NCBI GenBank assembly: GCA_019347945.1
Contig: JAHWKK010000002.1
Span: forward strand, 157,316-221,315
Length of the DNA: 64,000 nucleotides
DNA from: Acidobacteriota bacterium
GTDB lineage: Bacteria > Acidobacteriota > Thermoanaerobaculia > Gp7-AA8 > JAHWKK01
Reading direction: 5' to 3'
Shown piece by piece: positions 9,291 to 18,121 of this stretch; position 1 is the first letter of the stretch; each line of letters begins with the position of its first letter. Under the pieces are notes generated by a model that had not been told where the DNA came from, did no database searches, and saw nothing but the letters and a program-made list of their open reading frames with translations. Both the position numbers and the translations under genes were made by a program.

Positions 9291-10425
9291 GTCTGTTCAG
9301 AGCGCTTCTCGCGGTCAGAGCCCGCTCCAGAGCTTCGAAGACGTCACTTCCGGTGGCCGTGAGATGACCCATCTTTCTCCCGGGCCTTGCGACTCTTTTT
9401 CCGTAAAGGTGAAGCGCGACGCCGGGAATGGAAAGTCCCCGCTCCCAGTCCGGCCGCCCACCCTGCCACAGATCCCCGAGAAGATTTGCCATCGCGACGG
9501 GGGCGAGCCGGTCCGCCGATCCGAGAGGAAGATCGCAGACGGCCCGAACCTGCTGCTCGAACTGGCTGCAACGCGCCGCATCGATGGTCCAGTGCCCGGA
9601 ATTGTGAGGACGGGGAGCGAGCTCATTGACGATCACCTCGCCGTTCGATTCGACGAACATCTCAACACAGAGCACGCCCTCGAGCTCGAGCTCCCGTGCA
9701 ACGATCCGGGCGATTTCCTCGGCGCGCCGCTCGACCAGTCCGGGCAGACGGGCCGGACAACTCGAGACATCGAGAATCCCCTCCACGTGAACATTGCGAG
9801 TCACCGGATACGTGACGACTTCTCCGGATGGATTCCTGGCGACGAGAACCGACAATTCGGCCTCGAACTCGACCACTGCCTCCGCGATGATCTCCTGATC
9901 GGAGAAGAGAGCGTTGAGGGCGACGTCGTCGACCGGCTCACTGCCGACCCGGAGCTGACCTTTCCCGTCATAGCCGGAGGTCGTTGTTTTGAGGATGATC
10001 GAGCCACCGAGGCGGCCTCGAGCTTCTTCGACACTGTCCAGGGTGACCGGCTCGAATCTGGCGACCGGAACGCCGATCTTCCGCATCAGCCGTTTCTCAC
10101 GAAGCCTGTTCCGGGTGTCGTGCAGGATCTTCGCGGACGGTCGCACCGGAACGATCTCCTCGATTGCGGCGAGCGATTCGGACGGCACATTCTCGAACTC
10201 GAAGGTCACGACGTCGACCGAGCGGGCAAGCTCCCGGACCCGCTCGAGGTCGTCGTAAGAGGCGACAATCTCCTTTTCAGAGACGGCGCCCGCCGGCGAG
10301 TCCTCCTCCGGGGAGTAGACGTGCACGCGGTAGCCCATCGCCGCCGCACTCAGCGCGAGCATTCGCCCGAGCTGCCCGCTCCCGAGGACTCCGATGACGG
10401 ATCCGGGAAGAAGGGTCGATTTCAA
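9283..10425 (-). CDS. purK: N5-carboxyaminoimidazole ribonucleotide synthase
   Basis: 380 aa ATP-grasp protein with N-terminal [12 protein letters not shown]. It overlaps purE by 4 nt. Confidence 0.92.
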   Translation of the reverse strand: MKSTLLPGSVIGVLGSGQLGRMLALSAAAMGYRVHVYSPEEDSPAGAVSEKEIVASYDDLERVRELARSVDVVTFEFENVPSESLAAIEEIVPVRPSAKILHDTRNRLREKRLMRKIGVPVARFEPVTLDSVEEARGRLGGSIILKTTTSGYDGKGQLRVGSEPVDDVALNALFSDQEIIAEAVVEFEAELSVLVARNPSGEVVTYPVTRNVHVEGILDVSSCPARLPGLVERRAEEIARIVARELELEGVLCVEMFVESNGEVIVNELAPRPHNSGHWTIDAARCSQFEQQVRAVCDLPLGSADRLAPVAMANLLGDLWQGGRPDWERGLSIPGVALHLYGKRVARPGRKMGHLTATGSDVFEALERALTARSALNRQG

Positions 10426-10910
10426 CCGAGGACGTCCCGGGCGACGGCGTCACGTCGCGAATTCCGATACGCCTCGAGCTTCGCCACGAGCTCGGGCCGG
10501 CTCGTTGCGAGAATCGACACGGCGAGAAGCCCGGCGTTGGTCGCACCCGATTTTCCGATCGCAACCGTCGCCACCGGAACGCCGGCCGGCATCTGGACGA
10601 TCGAGAGAAGCGAATCGAGGCCGTTGAGAGCGTGGCTCTGAACCGGAACACCGATCACAGGGAGAGTGGTCCAGCTGGCGACCATCCCCGGGAGATGCGC
10701 TGCCCCTCCGGCACCCGCGATGATCACCTCGATTCCACGATCTCTCGCGCCCGACGCGAACTCGCGCATCAGTTCCGGGGTGCGGTGGGCGGAAACGATC
10801 TTCTTCTCGTGCGGAACGCCGATCTCGTCGAGCACGGCGGTTGACGCCTGCATCGTCTCCCAGTCGGAGCGGCTTCCCATGATCACGGCGACCAGTGGAG
10901 CGGTGCTCAT
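10422..10910 (-). CDS. purE: N5-carboxyaminoimidazole ribonucleotide mutase
   Basis: 162 aa with [17 protein letters not shown] and GGAAHLPGM motifs. Confidence 0.95.
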   Translation of the reverse strand: MSTAPLVAVIMGSRSDWETMQASTAVLDEIGVPHEKKIVSAHRTPELMREFASGARDRGIEVIIAGAGGAAHLPGMVASWTTLPVIGVPVQSHALNGLDSLLSIVQMPAGVPVATVAIGKSGATNAGLLAVSILATSRPELVAKLEAYRNSRRDAVARDVLG

Positions 10911-11935
10911 GAACGGTCGCCGCCCGCGAGATCGCCGATCAGCCCGAGAATCGATCCCTCACCACGATCCTTCCCTCCTCCGCGGGTCTTCGAACGCGGT
11001 GCTGCCGCGAACACCCGGCTCGCGAAACGGCTGAACGGGAGTGACTGCATCCATATCTTCCCCGGACCGCGAAGTGTCGCGTGAAAAAGACCCTCCCCGC
11101 CGAACAGCGCGGTCTTGATGCCGCTCACGAACTGGATGTCGTAGTCGACCCGAGGCTCGAAGGCGACCAGACAGCCGGTATCGAGTCGAAGCACCTCACC
11201 CGGTCCGAGATGGCGCTCGACGATCATCCCGCCGGCGTGCACGAAGGCGAGACCATCGCCCTCCAGCTTCTGCAGAATGAAGCCCTCACCGCCGAAAAAG
11301 CCGGCGCCGAGCCTCTTCTGGAACGCGATTCCGACCGAAATCCCCTTCGCCGCAACGAGGAACGAATCCTTCTGACAGATCATCGAACCTCCGAGCTGCG
11401 CGAGGTCGAGAGGAATGATCCGGCCGGGATAGGGCGACGCGAATGCCACCTTCTGCCTCCCCCCGGAGTGGTTCGAAAAGACCGTCATGAAGAGAGACTC
11501 CCCAGTCAGAACCCGCTTGCCCGCCTGGGCCAGCATTCCGAGCATGCTCGCCGACTGCGGTGAGCCGTCGCCGAAAATCGTCTCCATGTGCATGCCGGGG
11601 TCCATGTACATGAACGAGCCTGCCTCGGCGACGCAGGCCTCGTTCGGGTCGAGCGTGAGCTCGACGAACTGCATCTCTTCCCCGAAGATCTCATAGTCGA
11701 TCTCGTCCGCGATGCTCGCTCGCGTCGGCATCGGCGGTGGAGATTCCTTCATCCTCTTCGACCGGATCGCGGCGGCGAACTCGTGCCGCCCCCCGATCGG
11801 CTCCCATCCCGCCATCCCAGGGAGATAGACATGAGCGGTCCGGTCGAGCTCGCCCGACCGGATCTTCTGGAGGATCTCCTCCGCGGACCATGGCCCCATC
11901 TGTTTACCGCTGACCGCGACGTACCACTGTTCCAT
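10907..11935 (-). CDS. GYF_2 (DUF4339) domain fused to an AIM24/TIGR00266-family (DUF124) domain
   Basis: N-terminus [18 protein letters not shown]...GWEPIG (GYF_2), then [20 protein letters not shown]...GSFMYMD typical of AIM24. The Met at 11935 avoids overlap with the upstream gene. Its stop overlaps the purE start. Confidence 0.75.
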   Translation of the reverse strand: MEQWYVAVSGKQMGPWSAEEILQKIRSGELDRTAHVYLPGMAGWEPIGGRHEFAAAIRSKRMKESPPPMPTRASIADEIDYEIFGEEMQFVELTLDPNEACVAEAGSFMYMDPGMHMETIFGDGSPQSASMLGMLAQAGKRVLTGESLFMTVFSNHSGGRQKVAFASPYPGRIIPLDLAQLGGSMICQKDSFLVAAKGISVGIAFQKRLGAGFFGGEGFILQKLEGDGLAFVHAGGMIVERHLGPGEVLRLDTGCLVAFEPRVDYDIQFVSGIKTALFGGEGLFHATLRGPGKIWMQSLPFSRFASRVFAAAPRSKTRGGGKDRGEGSILGLIGDLAGGDRS

Positions 11936-11949
11936 TCGAGCCTCTCCTC

Positions 11950-12414
11950 TCAGGGCGCGAGACCCATCTGTTCCCTCACGCGCATTTTCGCGTCGATCAT
12001 CTCTGCATGCTCCAGCCCGAGGAGATCCGAAAGCTTGCGGACGATGTATCCCTCGTACTGATGAAACTTCCCATCGGCGTACACGATGCGCCACATCGCC
12101 TCTACGATCTGCATCCGCTCGTCCCGTTCCGTGGCGCGTCTCACCTGATTCGTCAGATGAAAGTGGTCGATCGTGTCGCTCCTCAGATCGTCGGCCGCAG
12201 CCAGCAGCTCGGCAGATGAAGCGTCATCGAGCGAGAACGCATTCCGAAGGTGACCGACGACTTCCTGCCGTTCCGCTTCACCCATCTCGGAGCCGGCATT
12301 CGCCACTTCGAGCAGAACCGCAGCAGTCGCGAGCCGGATCGCTTCGTCGCGCCCCTCCTCCGTTTCTTCGTCACGCTGACGGTTGAAGAGCTCCAGAATC
12401 CGGGAGATTGGCAT
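11950..12414 (-). CDS. TerB-family (tellurite-resistance TerB-like, COG4103) protein
   Basis: 154 aa. The pattern [12 protein letters not shown]-like...[32 protein letters not shown] matches the TerB-like fold signature. Confidence 0.7.
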   Translation of the reverse strand: MPISRILELFNRQRDEETEEGRDEAIRLATAAVLLEVANAGSEMGEAERQEVVGHLRNAFSLDDASSAELLAAADDLRSDTIDHFHLTNQVRRATERDERMQIVEAMWRIVYADGKFHQYEGYIVRKLSDLLGLEHAEMIDAKMRVREQMGLAP

Positions 12415-12436
12415 CGCCAGGCGAACGATATCAGAC

Positions 12437-12527
12437 GATTAGGGATTAGGGATTAGGGATCAGGGATCAGGGATCAGGGATCAGGGATCAGGGATCAGGG
12501 ATCAGGGATCAGGGATCAGGGATCAGG
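12437..12527. repeat. Heptamer array, left arm: (GATTAGG)3(GATCAGG)10
   Basis: 13 exact 7-mers counted directly, complementary to 12881-12945 with the same outer-to-inner order of unit variants. Confidence 0.95.
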
Positions 12528-12590
12528 GCGATCGCCTGAACCCGACGTAGGGGCATGTAGACAACGACGTGGGCAGTCCGGAATCCCTTC

Positions 12591-12862
12591 CCGCGATTCA
12601 CGAGCCCCCGCCCAGATCCTTCGCCCGTGCTTCGCCGGTCTCCCATGAAACGACCACGAAATTGTTGGACTTCGACCCTCTTGCAGTGCTTCGCTTGGGC
12701 TGATGTCCCAACCTGCGAGGTCCTTCGCCTGCCCGCCCGACCGCCCGCTCAGGATGACGTTGGTTTGAGTACGCGAGTTCGGTTGTTTCCGCACTCACGG
12801 GTGTCATTTCCGATCACCGTCGCAAGGCGCCGATCACTTGCTCAGGATGACGAGTGTTCGAT
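12591..12862 (-). repeat. Conserved ~270-nt intergenic core element, copy A (inverted relative to copies B and C)
   Basis: The reverse complement aligns with 15859-16115 at roughly 85-90% identity. It contains two CGTCATCCTGAGC boxes and GGGTCGAAGTCCAAC. Confidence 0.9.
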
Positions 12863-12880
12863 ATCGCGAAATCTCTCTAC

Positions 12881-12945
12881 CCTGATCCCTGATCCCTGAT
12901 CCCTGCTTTTCTCCCTGATCCCTAATCCCTAATCCCTAATCCCTG
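12881..12945. repeat. Heptamer array, right arm: (CCTGATC)3 ... CCTGATC (CCTAATC)3
   Basis: Reverse complement of the left arm. It overlaps the last codons and the TAG stop of the M14 peptidase gene. Confidence 0.95.
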
Positions 12946-15772
12946 CATCCCAGTTCAGCAGCGCGTTGTAGACGAACCGGAAATCGGAGTGATTGAGATA
13001 GCGATGCAGCGGGTTGAAGTTGAAGAGCACCACTCTCCCCTTTCCGACGGGCATGTCGATGATCGCGGGCTTGCCGTCGAGCGCATCCCCCTCGAGGCCT
13101 CCCGACAGCACGAGCGGCTTCTTCTCTTCCTCGTCTTCTTCCTCCTCCGTTTCCGCCTCCTCCGCCTCGGAGTCCTCCTCGGCCGGTTCCATTCCGAAGT
13201 CGGACTCTTCGGTGGTTCCGAGGGAGGCCGAAATCTCGAAATAGTCGGTCGCCGGCTCGACCTCCTTCGTGCCGAACTGCATGACCACCAGATCCCGGTC
13301 CCTGTCGGCCACGTCGAATACGGGTCCGTTCCCACGGAAGACGGACGGAAACTCCTCGTAGCCATAGACGATCGGGCTGGGGGCAAGCACCTTCGCCTGG
13401 ATCTCCGACCCGGGCGTCCTTCCGATATCACCGGTACGTTCGGCCCGCCTGGCGATCCCGCTGTCGACGACCAGCGTTCCACCGTTGGAGAGCGCGACGA
13501 CGACTCCTCCTCCGTCGACGAACGACTGGAGGTTCGCGAGGCCGCTGAATGCCATCCCACGCGAAATGTCCTGCGATGGGTCCGGAATCCCGTGAGAGGG
13601 ATACTCGGGGGTTCTCGTGTACGCGAGCGGAGCGAGCTTCGTGTCGATTCCGTGGATCATCCGCGACAGATCCCCGCCGAGGTCCGGCACCAGAATCACG
13701 TCGAACCGTCGCCCGAGATTTCCGGCGCGAACGTGATCGGGATTGATCAGCGTGTACGGGATCCGCTCTCGATCGAAGAGATACCGCACCCAGCCCGTGT
13801 CCTGAGTCGACCAGTTGTGGAGCACCGCGATGCGAGGAAGCGAGATTCGATGCGACGCGACATCCGGCTTCGAGTCGACACCGACGAAGGTGAGTCCGAG
13901 CTTTTCGGCAGCCGCCGAAGCTTTCGCGGCGCTCGTCCAGATCATCAGACTCCCCGCGGGGTAGTCCGTTTCGTCGAGATCGAATCCCTCCTCCGCCACT
14001 TCGATTCGCTCGTCTTTCAGTTCGAGCGCGAGATTCATGATCGCGTTCTGTCCGCTGTCCCTCACGAGGTAAATGCGACCACTTCCGATCACTTCGCCCC
14101 GCGGCACGACGTCCTGCTCGACCGGGGACATCGCCGCCGAAAGAATCGAGTCGTCGTCGATCCGGGTGGCATCGACACCGTAGAGCAGCGGCCAGGTCCA
14201 TGCGATGTCGTCGTAAGGAGGGTTCGGCTCGTCAGCCGGGAACTCCTGCTTCTGAAGAAAATTCACTGCTGCGTTGCGATGGGGCTGATCGAGCCGGACG
14301 ACCCAGTCACCCGCTTCGAACGTCTCGTCTCCCGATTCGGTCTCGGCGTCGAGCGTGTGAACTTCGATCCGATGGACGCGAAGCTGGTTGATCAGATACG
14401 CGGCCCGGCCGGAATCTCTCTGCTCGCGAGGGATGATCCAGGCATGAGGCGCCTCGCTTTTTCCTCGAGAGATCGCCCGATCCGCCTTGACCCAGTAGTT
14501 CCTGAGGAGCTCGTCGCTCCGGGTCGCCGCCTGATCGAGCGCGGCCAGAACTCCCGCCTGCATGTAATTCGTATTGTTTCTCAGCGACCACCGAACCTTC
14601 TCGTCGGGTGGCCAGGGACGGTACCACTGTCGCTCAGTCACACTCTTGCCAACGAACTTCACGTCCTCGAGCTCTCTTTCGAACGTCCCGGCGAGCGAAT
14701 TGCCGAACGTCTCGTAGAAGCGGCCGATCGCATTGTGATTGTTCGCGACCGAGAAGAGATATCCCGGCCACCATCCGTCCCAGAATCCCCAGACCCAGAC
14801 GCCGGGCAGCCCCATCGCCTGCAGCTCCGAGGTTTCGTTGTATGCGAACTGAGTCCACTCGTTGACCGTGAGCGGATCGATCGCCTCACTGTACGGCCCG
14901 TGACCGGTCGAGATGTAGAGCAGCGGCAGCGATTCGTGAAGATCGTGGAACACCTGCGGGTGATGGCGCCACCACGCAGCGTTGATCGCGCGCGTCAGGG
15001 CGAGCGTGAGCTGCATCCCGTCGCGGTTGTTGTCGTGAAACACGTAGTGACCCCAGTAGGGAGGCGAACCGACTCGGCGCAGATCATCGAAAGGAAGATT
15101 CTTCCCTCGCAGGTGTCGGTAGTACCAGTCGACGATTCGGTCCCGCCCGTCCGGTTCGGCCACCGGCGTGATCATGACGACGACGTTGTCCCGGATGTTG
15201 CGGATGTTTTCCTTTTCGCTGACGGCAAGGCGGTAGGCGAGCTCCATCAGCATCTCTGGGCTGCCAGTCTCGGTCGAATGGAGACCGCCGGTCAGGTAGT
15301 AGAACGGTTTGCCCTCCCGAATCAGCGCCTCGGCTTCCGCACGCGAAGTCGTGCGCGGATCGGCCAGAGCAGCCGTGATCCCGCTCAGCCGGTCGAGCCG
15401 AGCCAGGTTTTCCTCCGAGGAGATGATGGCGAGGATCAGGTCACGACCCTCCTCGGTGCGTCCGATCGTCTCGACTCGAACGCGGGGGCTCTCCGATCCG
15501 AGCCGGTTGAAATAACCGTGAATCTCCGCCACGCGGGTCAGCTCGTTCGGCGTTCCCGAGAGCCGGCCCAGAGCGTCCATTGGAGACGCCACGGTGGCCG
15601 ATTCCGGAACGTAGGCAACGGTCTCCGGGAGGTACTTCGGATCTGTCGTGTAACGGGCGATCGCCTCGATACTCCCCGGCTCCGCGGTGTCGGGGGCCGG
15701 ATCGACACCCAGAAGAGGGGTGGACAGCAGCATCGCGGCCAGAGCGAGCGCGGCAGATCTCGTGGTTGTCAT
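12929..15772 (-). CDS. M14-family zinc carboxypeptidase-like protein, secreted, with a large C-terminal extension
   Basis: The Met at 15772 is preceded by GGAGG and followed by a signal peptide. LHSTETGSPE (HxxE zinc site) is present, plus an acidic EEDSEAEEAETEEEEDEEEKK insert. Confidence 0.8.
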   Translation of the reverse strand: MTTTRSAALALAAMLLSTPLLGVDPAPDTAEPGSIEAIARYTTDPKYLPETVAYVPESATVASPMDALGRLSGTPNELTRVAEIHGYFNRLGSESPRVRVETIGRTEEGRDLILAIISSEENLARLDRLSGITAALADPRTTSRAEAEALIREGKPFYYLTGGLHSTETGSPEMLMELAYRLAVSEKENIRNIRDNVVVMITPVAEPDGRDRIVDWYYRHLRGKNLPFDDLRRVGSPPYWGHYVFHDNNRDGMQLTLALTRAINAAWWRHHPQVFHDLHESLPLLYISTGHGPYSEAIDPLTVNEWTQFAYNETSELQAMGLPGVWVWGFWDGWWPGYLFSVANNHNAIGRFYETFGNSLAGTFERELEDVKFVGKSVTERQWYRPWPPDEKVRWSLRNNTNYMQAGVLAALDQAATRSDELLRNYWVKADRAISRGKSEAPHAWIIPREQRDSGRAAYLINQLRVHRIEVHTLDAETESGDETFEAGDWVVRLDQPHRNAAVNFLQKQEFPADEPNPPYDDIAWTWPLLYGVDATRIDDDSILSAAMSPVEQDVVPRGEVIGSGRIYLVRDSGQNAIMNLALELKDERIEVAEEGFDLDETDYPAGSLMIWTSAAKASAAAEKLGLTFVGVDSKPDVASHRISLPRIAVLHNWSTQDTGWVRYLFDRERIPYTLINPDHVRAGNLGRRFDVILVPDLGGDLSRMIHGIDTKLAPLAYTRTPEYPSHGIPDPSQDISRGMAFSGLANLQSFVDGGGVVVALSNGGTLVVDSGIARRAERTGDIGRTPGSEIQAKVLAPSPIVYGYEEFPSVFRGNGPVFDVADRDRDLVVMQFGTKEVEPATDYFEISASLGTTEESDFGMEPAEEDSEAEEAETEEEEDEEEKKPLVLSGGLEGDALDGKPAIIDMPVGKGRVVLFNFNPLHRYLNHSDFRFVYNALLNWDAGIRD

Positions 15773-15810
15773 CGGTTCGAATCCTCCGGCCGGGAAGTAT
15801 ATCGAGAGAC

Positions 15811-15840
15811 AGTTGCCGGTGGCCGGTGGCCAGTTGCCAG
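15811..15840. repeat. Heptamer array, left arm (AGTTGCC GGTGGCC GGTGGCC AGTTGCC)
   Basis: Four 7-mers of the same GGTKGCC family as at 6086 and 31627. The partner arm is at 16521-16548. Confidence 0.85.
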
Positions 15841-15858
15841 ATTGATCTCGCCACATCC

Positions 15859-16115
15859 AAACACTCGTCATCCTGAGCAAGTCACGGGCGCCGTGCGCCG
15901 GTGAAACGGAAATGACACCCGTGAGTGCAGAAACAACCGCACTCGCATACTCAAACCGACGTCATCCTGAGCGGACGGTCGGGCGGGCAGGCGAAGGACC
16001 TCGCAGGTTGGGACATCAGACCAAGCGAAGCGGCAAAGGGTCGAAGTCCAACAAATTTCATGTTGGTTTCATTAGGAGCCGCCGAAGGACGGCGAAGGAT
16101 CTTCGCGGAGGATCC
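15859..16115 (+). repeat. Conserved ~270-nt intergenic core element, copy B
   Basis: Aligns with the reverse complement of 12591-12862 and with 31830-32044. Confidence 0.9.
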
Positions 16116-16130
16116 GAGCCTTCGGCATTC

Positions 16131-16300
16131 TGTCGCCCGCTAAAGCGGGCTCCACACGATTTTGGGGAGAGCTTCTATCCCCCGGCTTGAAGCCGGGGGC
16201 TAAGACCTTTCGCCCGCTTGCGCGGGCTGACCGATGATGATGTTCTCATCGACATCAACACTCCAGGACGGTCAGCGTTCTTTCGCCCGCTGAAGCGGGC
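16131..16300. repeat. Cluster of four GC-rich hairpins (GCCCGC-loop-GCGGGC and CCCCCGGC-loop-GCCGGGGG types)
   Basis: TGTCGCCCGCTAAAGCGGGCTCC, CCCCCGGCTTGAAGCCGGGGGC, TCGCCCGCTTGCGCGGGCTGA and TTCGCCCGCTGAAGCGGGCTGA are read directly. Confidence 0.8.
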
Positions 16301-16397
16301 TGATCGGAAATGCACGTTTTCGAGCCCGCGGAGCGAGCGACAGAACGACACGCGAGGGGCAGATCGTCTCCAACTCGCTGAATAGACGAAGCCGGCC

Positions 16398-16494
16398 AAG
16401 CCGCCGAAAGGCGGCGGCAGATCTTAGCCCCCGGCTTCAGCCGGGGGATAGAGGCGACCCCTCTGAACTTCGAGCCCGCTTCAGCGGGCGACAG
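16398..16494. repeat. Three-hairpin GC-rich module (copy 2 of 2)
   Basis: The same three hairpins in the same order as 6260-6357. Confidence 0.85.
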
Positions 16495-16520
16495 AGCGAT
16501 CACGATTCCAACCATCATGT

Positions 16521-16548
16521 GAAACCGACAACCGGCAACTGGCAACCG
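16521..16548. repeat. Heptamer array, right arm (GAAACCG ACAACCG GCAACTG GCAACCG)
   Basis: Imperfect reverse complement of 15811-15840. Confidence 0.8.
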
Positions 16549-16611
16549 TCCTCCCTCCTCTTTTCAATAAAGGAATGAATTCTCAGCTCGAGGAATCTAA
16601 ACTACTCGCCG

Positions 16612-18093
16612 ATGCAGTCGACCCTGCACGACCTGAAGGCTCTCGCGCTTTCCTACCATCCGCTCATCGTCTTCGAGACGGTCGAGGAACGCCGTGTGAG
16701 CTCGCTCGTCCGAGCGCTCGCGCACGAGCTGAACCTGCCGCAGCTCGACTGGTCCGTCACCCAGGGAGTCTGCCGGCCCGGTACCGATCCGATCGACGGG
16801 ACGGATGATCCGGAAAAACTGATGGACTACCTTCTCTCGATGCAGCTCGAGGTGATCGCCCACCTCAAGGACTTCGCGGTTCATCTCGAGAAGCCTCGTG
16901 TGGCGAGGGGATTCCGGGAGGTCGTCAGCCACTACGCGAGAAATCACTCGACGATCGTCCTCTCGGGCGGAAGCGTGACGCTTCCGGACGACGTCGACCA
17001 TCAGGCAGTGCACGTCCACCTCCGCATGCCGAATCGTGACGAGCTGCTGCAGCTCATCAAGGTCGTCACGACGTCGATGAAGGAGAAACACAGAATCGAC
17101 GTTTCACTCTCCGCCGACGATTCTTCGGCTCTGGTCGAAGCGCTCGCAGGGCTGACGATCGATCAGGCGAGACAGATTCTCGCCTGGGTGATCGTCGAGG
17201 ATCTGCGGCTCGGCGGCGATGACATCGCCAGGGTTCTCGAGCGGAAGGCGAAACTGGTTCAGGAGAGCAGTGTGCTCGAGTATTACCCGGCCGGCACGAA
17301 CCGCCACGAGATCGGCGGATTCGGACGTCTCAAGAAGTGGCTGGAGCGGGCGCGGCTCGGTTTCTCTCCTGCCGCGGCCAGAATGAACCTCGATCCTCCG
17401 AAAGGCATTCTGATGGTCGGCGTCCAGGGTTGCGGAAAATCGCTCGCCGCGAAAGTGATCGCCAGAGAGTGGGGAATCCCTCTGCTGCGACTCGATGCCG
17501 GACGGTTGTACGACAAGTACATCGGAGAGTCCGAACGGAACTTCCGGGAAGCGACCAGGATGGCCGAATCGATGGCGCCCGTGGTCCTCTGGATCGACGA
17601 GATCGAGAAAGCCTTCGGGTCCGGCGCGGCGAGCACCGAGGACGGCGGACTATCGGCCAGGCTCTTCGGGATGCTTCTCACATGGCTACAGGAGAAGAAG
17701 CCCGGAGTGTTCATGGTCGGAACGGCGAACAATCTGGAGCGGCTTCCTCCCGAGCTGCTTCGGAAGGGACGATTCGACGAGATCTTCTTCGTCGATCTCC
17801 CCGTCGAGGGGGAGCGTGCCGAGATCTTCAGGATTCATCTTCGAGCGCGGAATCAGGACCCGGACGGCTTCGATATCGCGCGGCTCGCGTCGGCGACCGA
17901 CGGATGGAGCGGCGCGGAGATCGAGCAGGCGGTGATCTCGAGTCTCTACGAATCGCTGCACCGGGGCGAAACGCTCGGCACTTCCATCATCCTTCACGAG
18001 ATCGGCCAGACGACGCCGCTCTCTCACTCCCGTGCCGAAGCGATCCAGCGCGTCAGAAGCGAGGCGGCGGGACGATTCGTTCCGGTGCGCTGA
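16612..18093 (+). CDS. AAA+ ATPase, Ycf46-like
   Basis: 493 aa with Walker A GVQGCGKSLAAK, Walker B VLWIDEIEKAF and GRFDEIFFVDLP. The N-terminal YHPLIVFETVEERRV region resembles cyanobacterial/plastid Ycf46. Confidence 0.8.
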   Translation: MQSTLHDLKALALSYHPLIVFETVEERRVSSLVRALAHELNLPQLDWSVTQGVCRPGTDPIDGTDDPEKLMDYLLSMQLEVIAHLKDFAVHLEKPRVARGFREVVSHYARNHSTIVLSGGSVTLPDDVDHQAVHVHLRMPNRDELLQLIKVVTTSMKEKHRIDVSLSADDSSALVEALAGLTIDQARQILAWVIVEDLRLGGDDIARVLERKAKLVQESSVLEYYPAGTNRHEIGGFGRLKKWLERARLGFSPAAARMNLDPPKGILMVGVQGCGKSLAAKVIAREWGIPLLRLDAGRLYDKYIGESERNFREATRMAESMAPVVLWIDEIEKAFGSGAASTEDGGLSARLFGMLLTWLQEKKPGVFMVGTANNLERLPPELLRKGRFDEIFFVDLPVEGERAEIFRIHLRARNQDPDGFDIARLASATDGWSGAEIEQAVISSLYESLHRGETLGTSIILHEIGQTTPLSHSRAEAIQRVRSEAAGRFVPVR

Positions 18094-18121
18094 CGTAGAA
18101 TTCCGGAAGAGGAGGATCGAT

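Noticed and set aside
12437-12457. A telomere-like (GATTAGG)3 run resembling TTAGGG repeats.
   Set aside because: It has a 7-nt period, is internal to a bacterial gene-dense region, grades into GATCAGG units and has a complementary partner arm. The resemblance is superficial.
12598-12807. Conserved small ORFs inside the core repeat (12598-12807 minus strand, 15912-16190 plus strand) as a possible small-protein family.
   Set aside because: The two copies share the first ~40 codons and then lose a common frame through a 3-nt and a 1-nt indel. The third copy has a diverged start and a 45-nt deletion. The element occurs in either orientation without RBS context. It is more likely non-coding.
15773-15790. 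GGTTCGAATCC, a tRNA T-loop-like string. GGGTCGAAGTCC inside the core repeats is similar.
   Set aside because: The flanking bases do not form a T-stem or acceptor stem. The first case is simply the reverse complement of the RBS and start region (GGAGGATTCGAACCGATG) of the M14 peptidase gene. No cloverleaf can be drawn.
12989-15904. A 971-aa plus-strand ORF, and many similar long ORFs (for example 22624-24489, 2247-3620, 9364-10641, 7633-9237, 6522-7970, 25658-26932, 29964-31352, 41677-42879, 62121-63293, 34619-35351).
   Set aside because: Each is antisense to a gene with clear family motifs. Their products are Arg/Pro/Gly-rich and low-complexity, with no recognisable domains. This is the usual high-GC shadow-ORF artefact.
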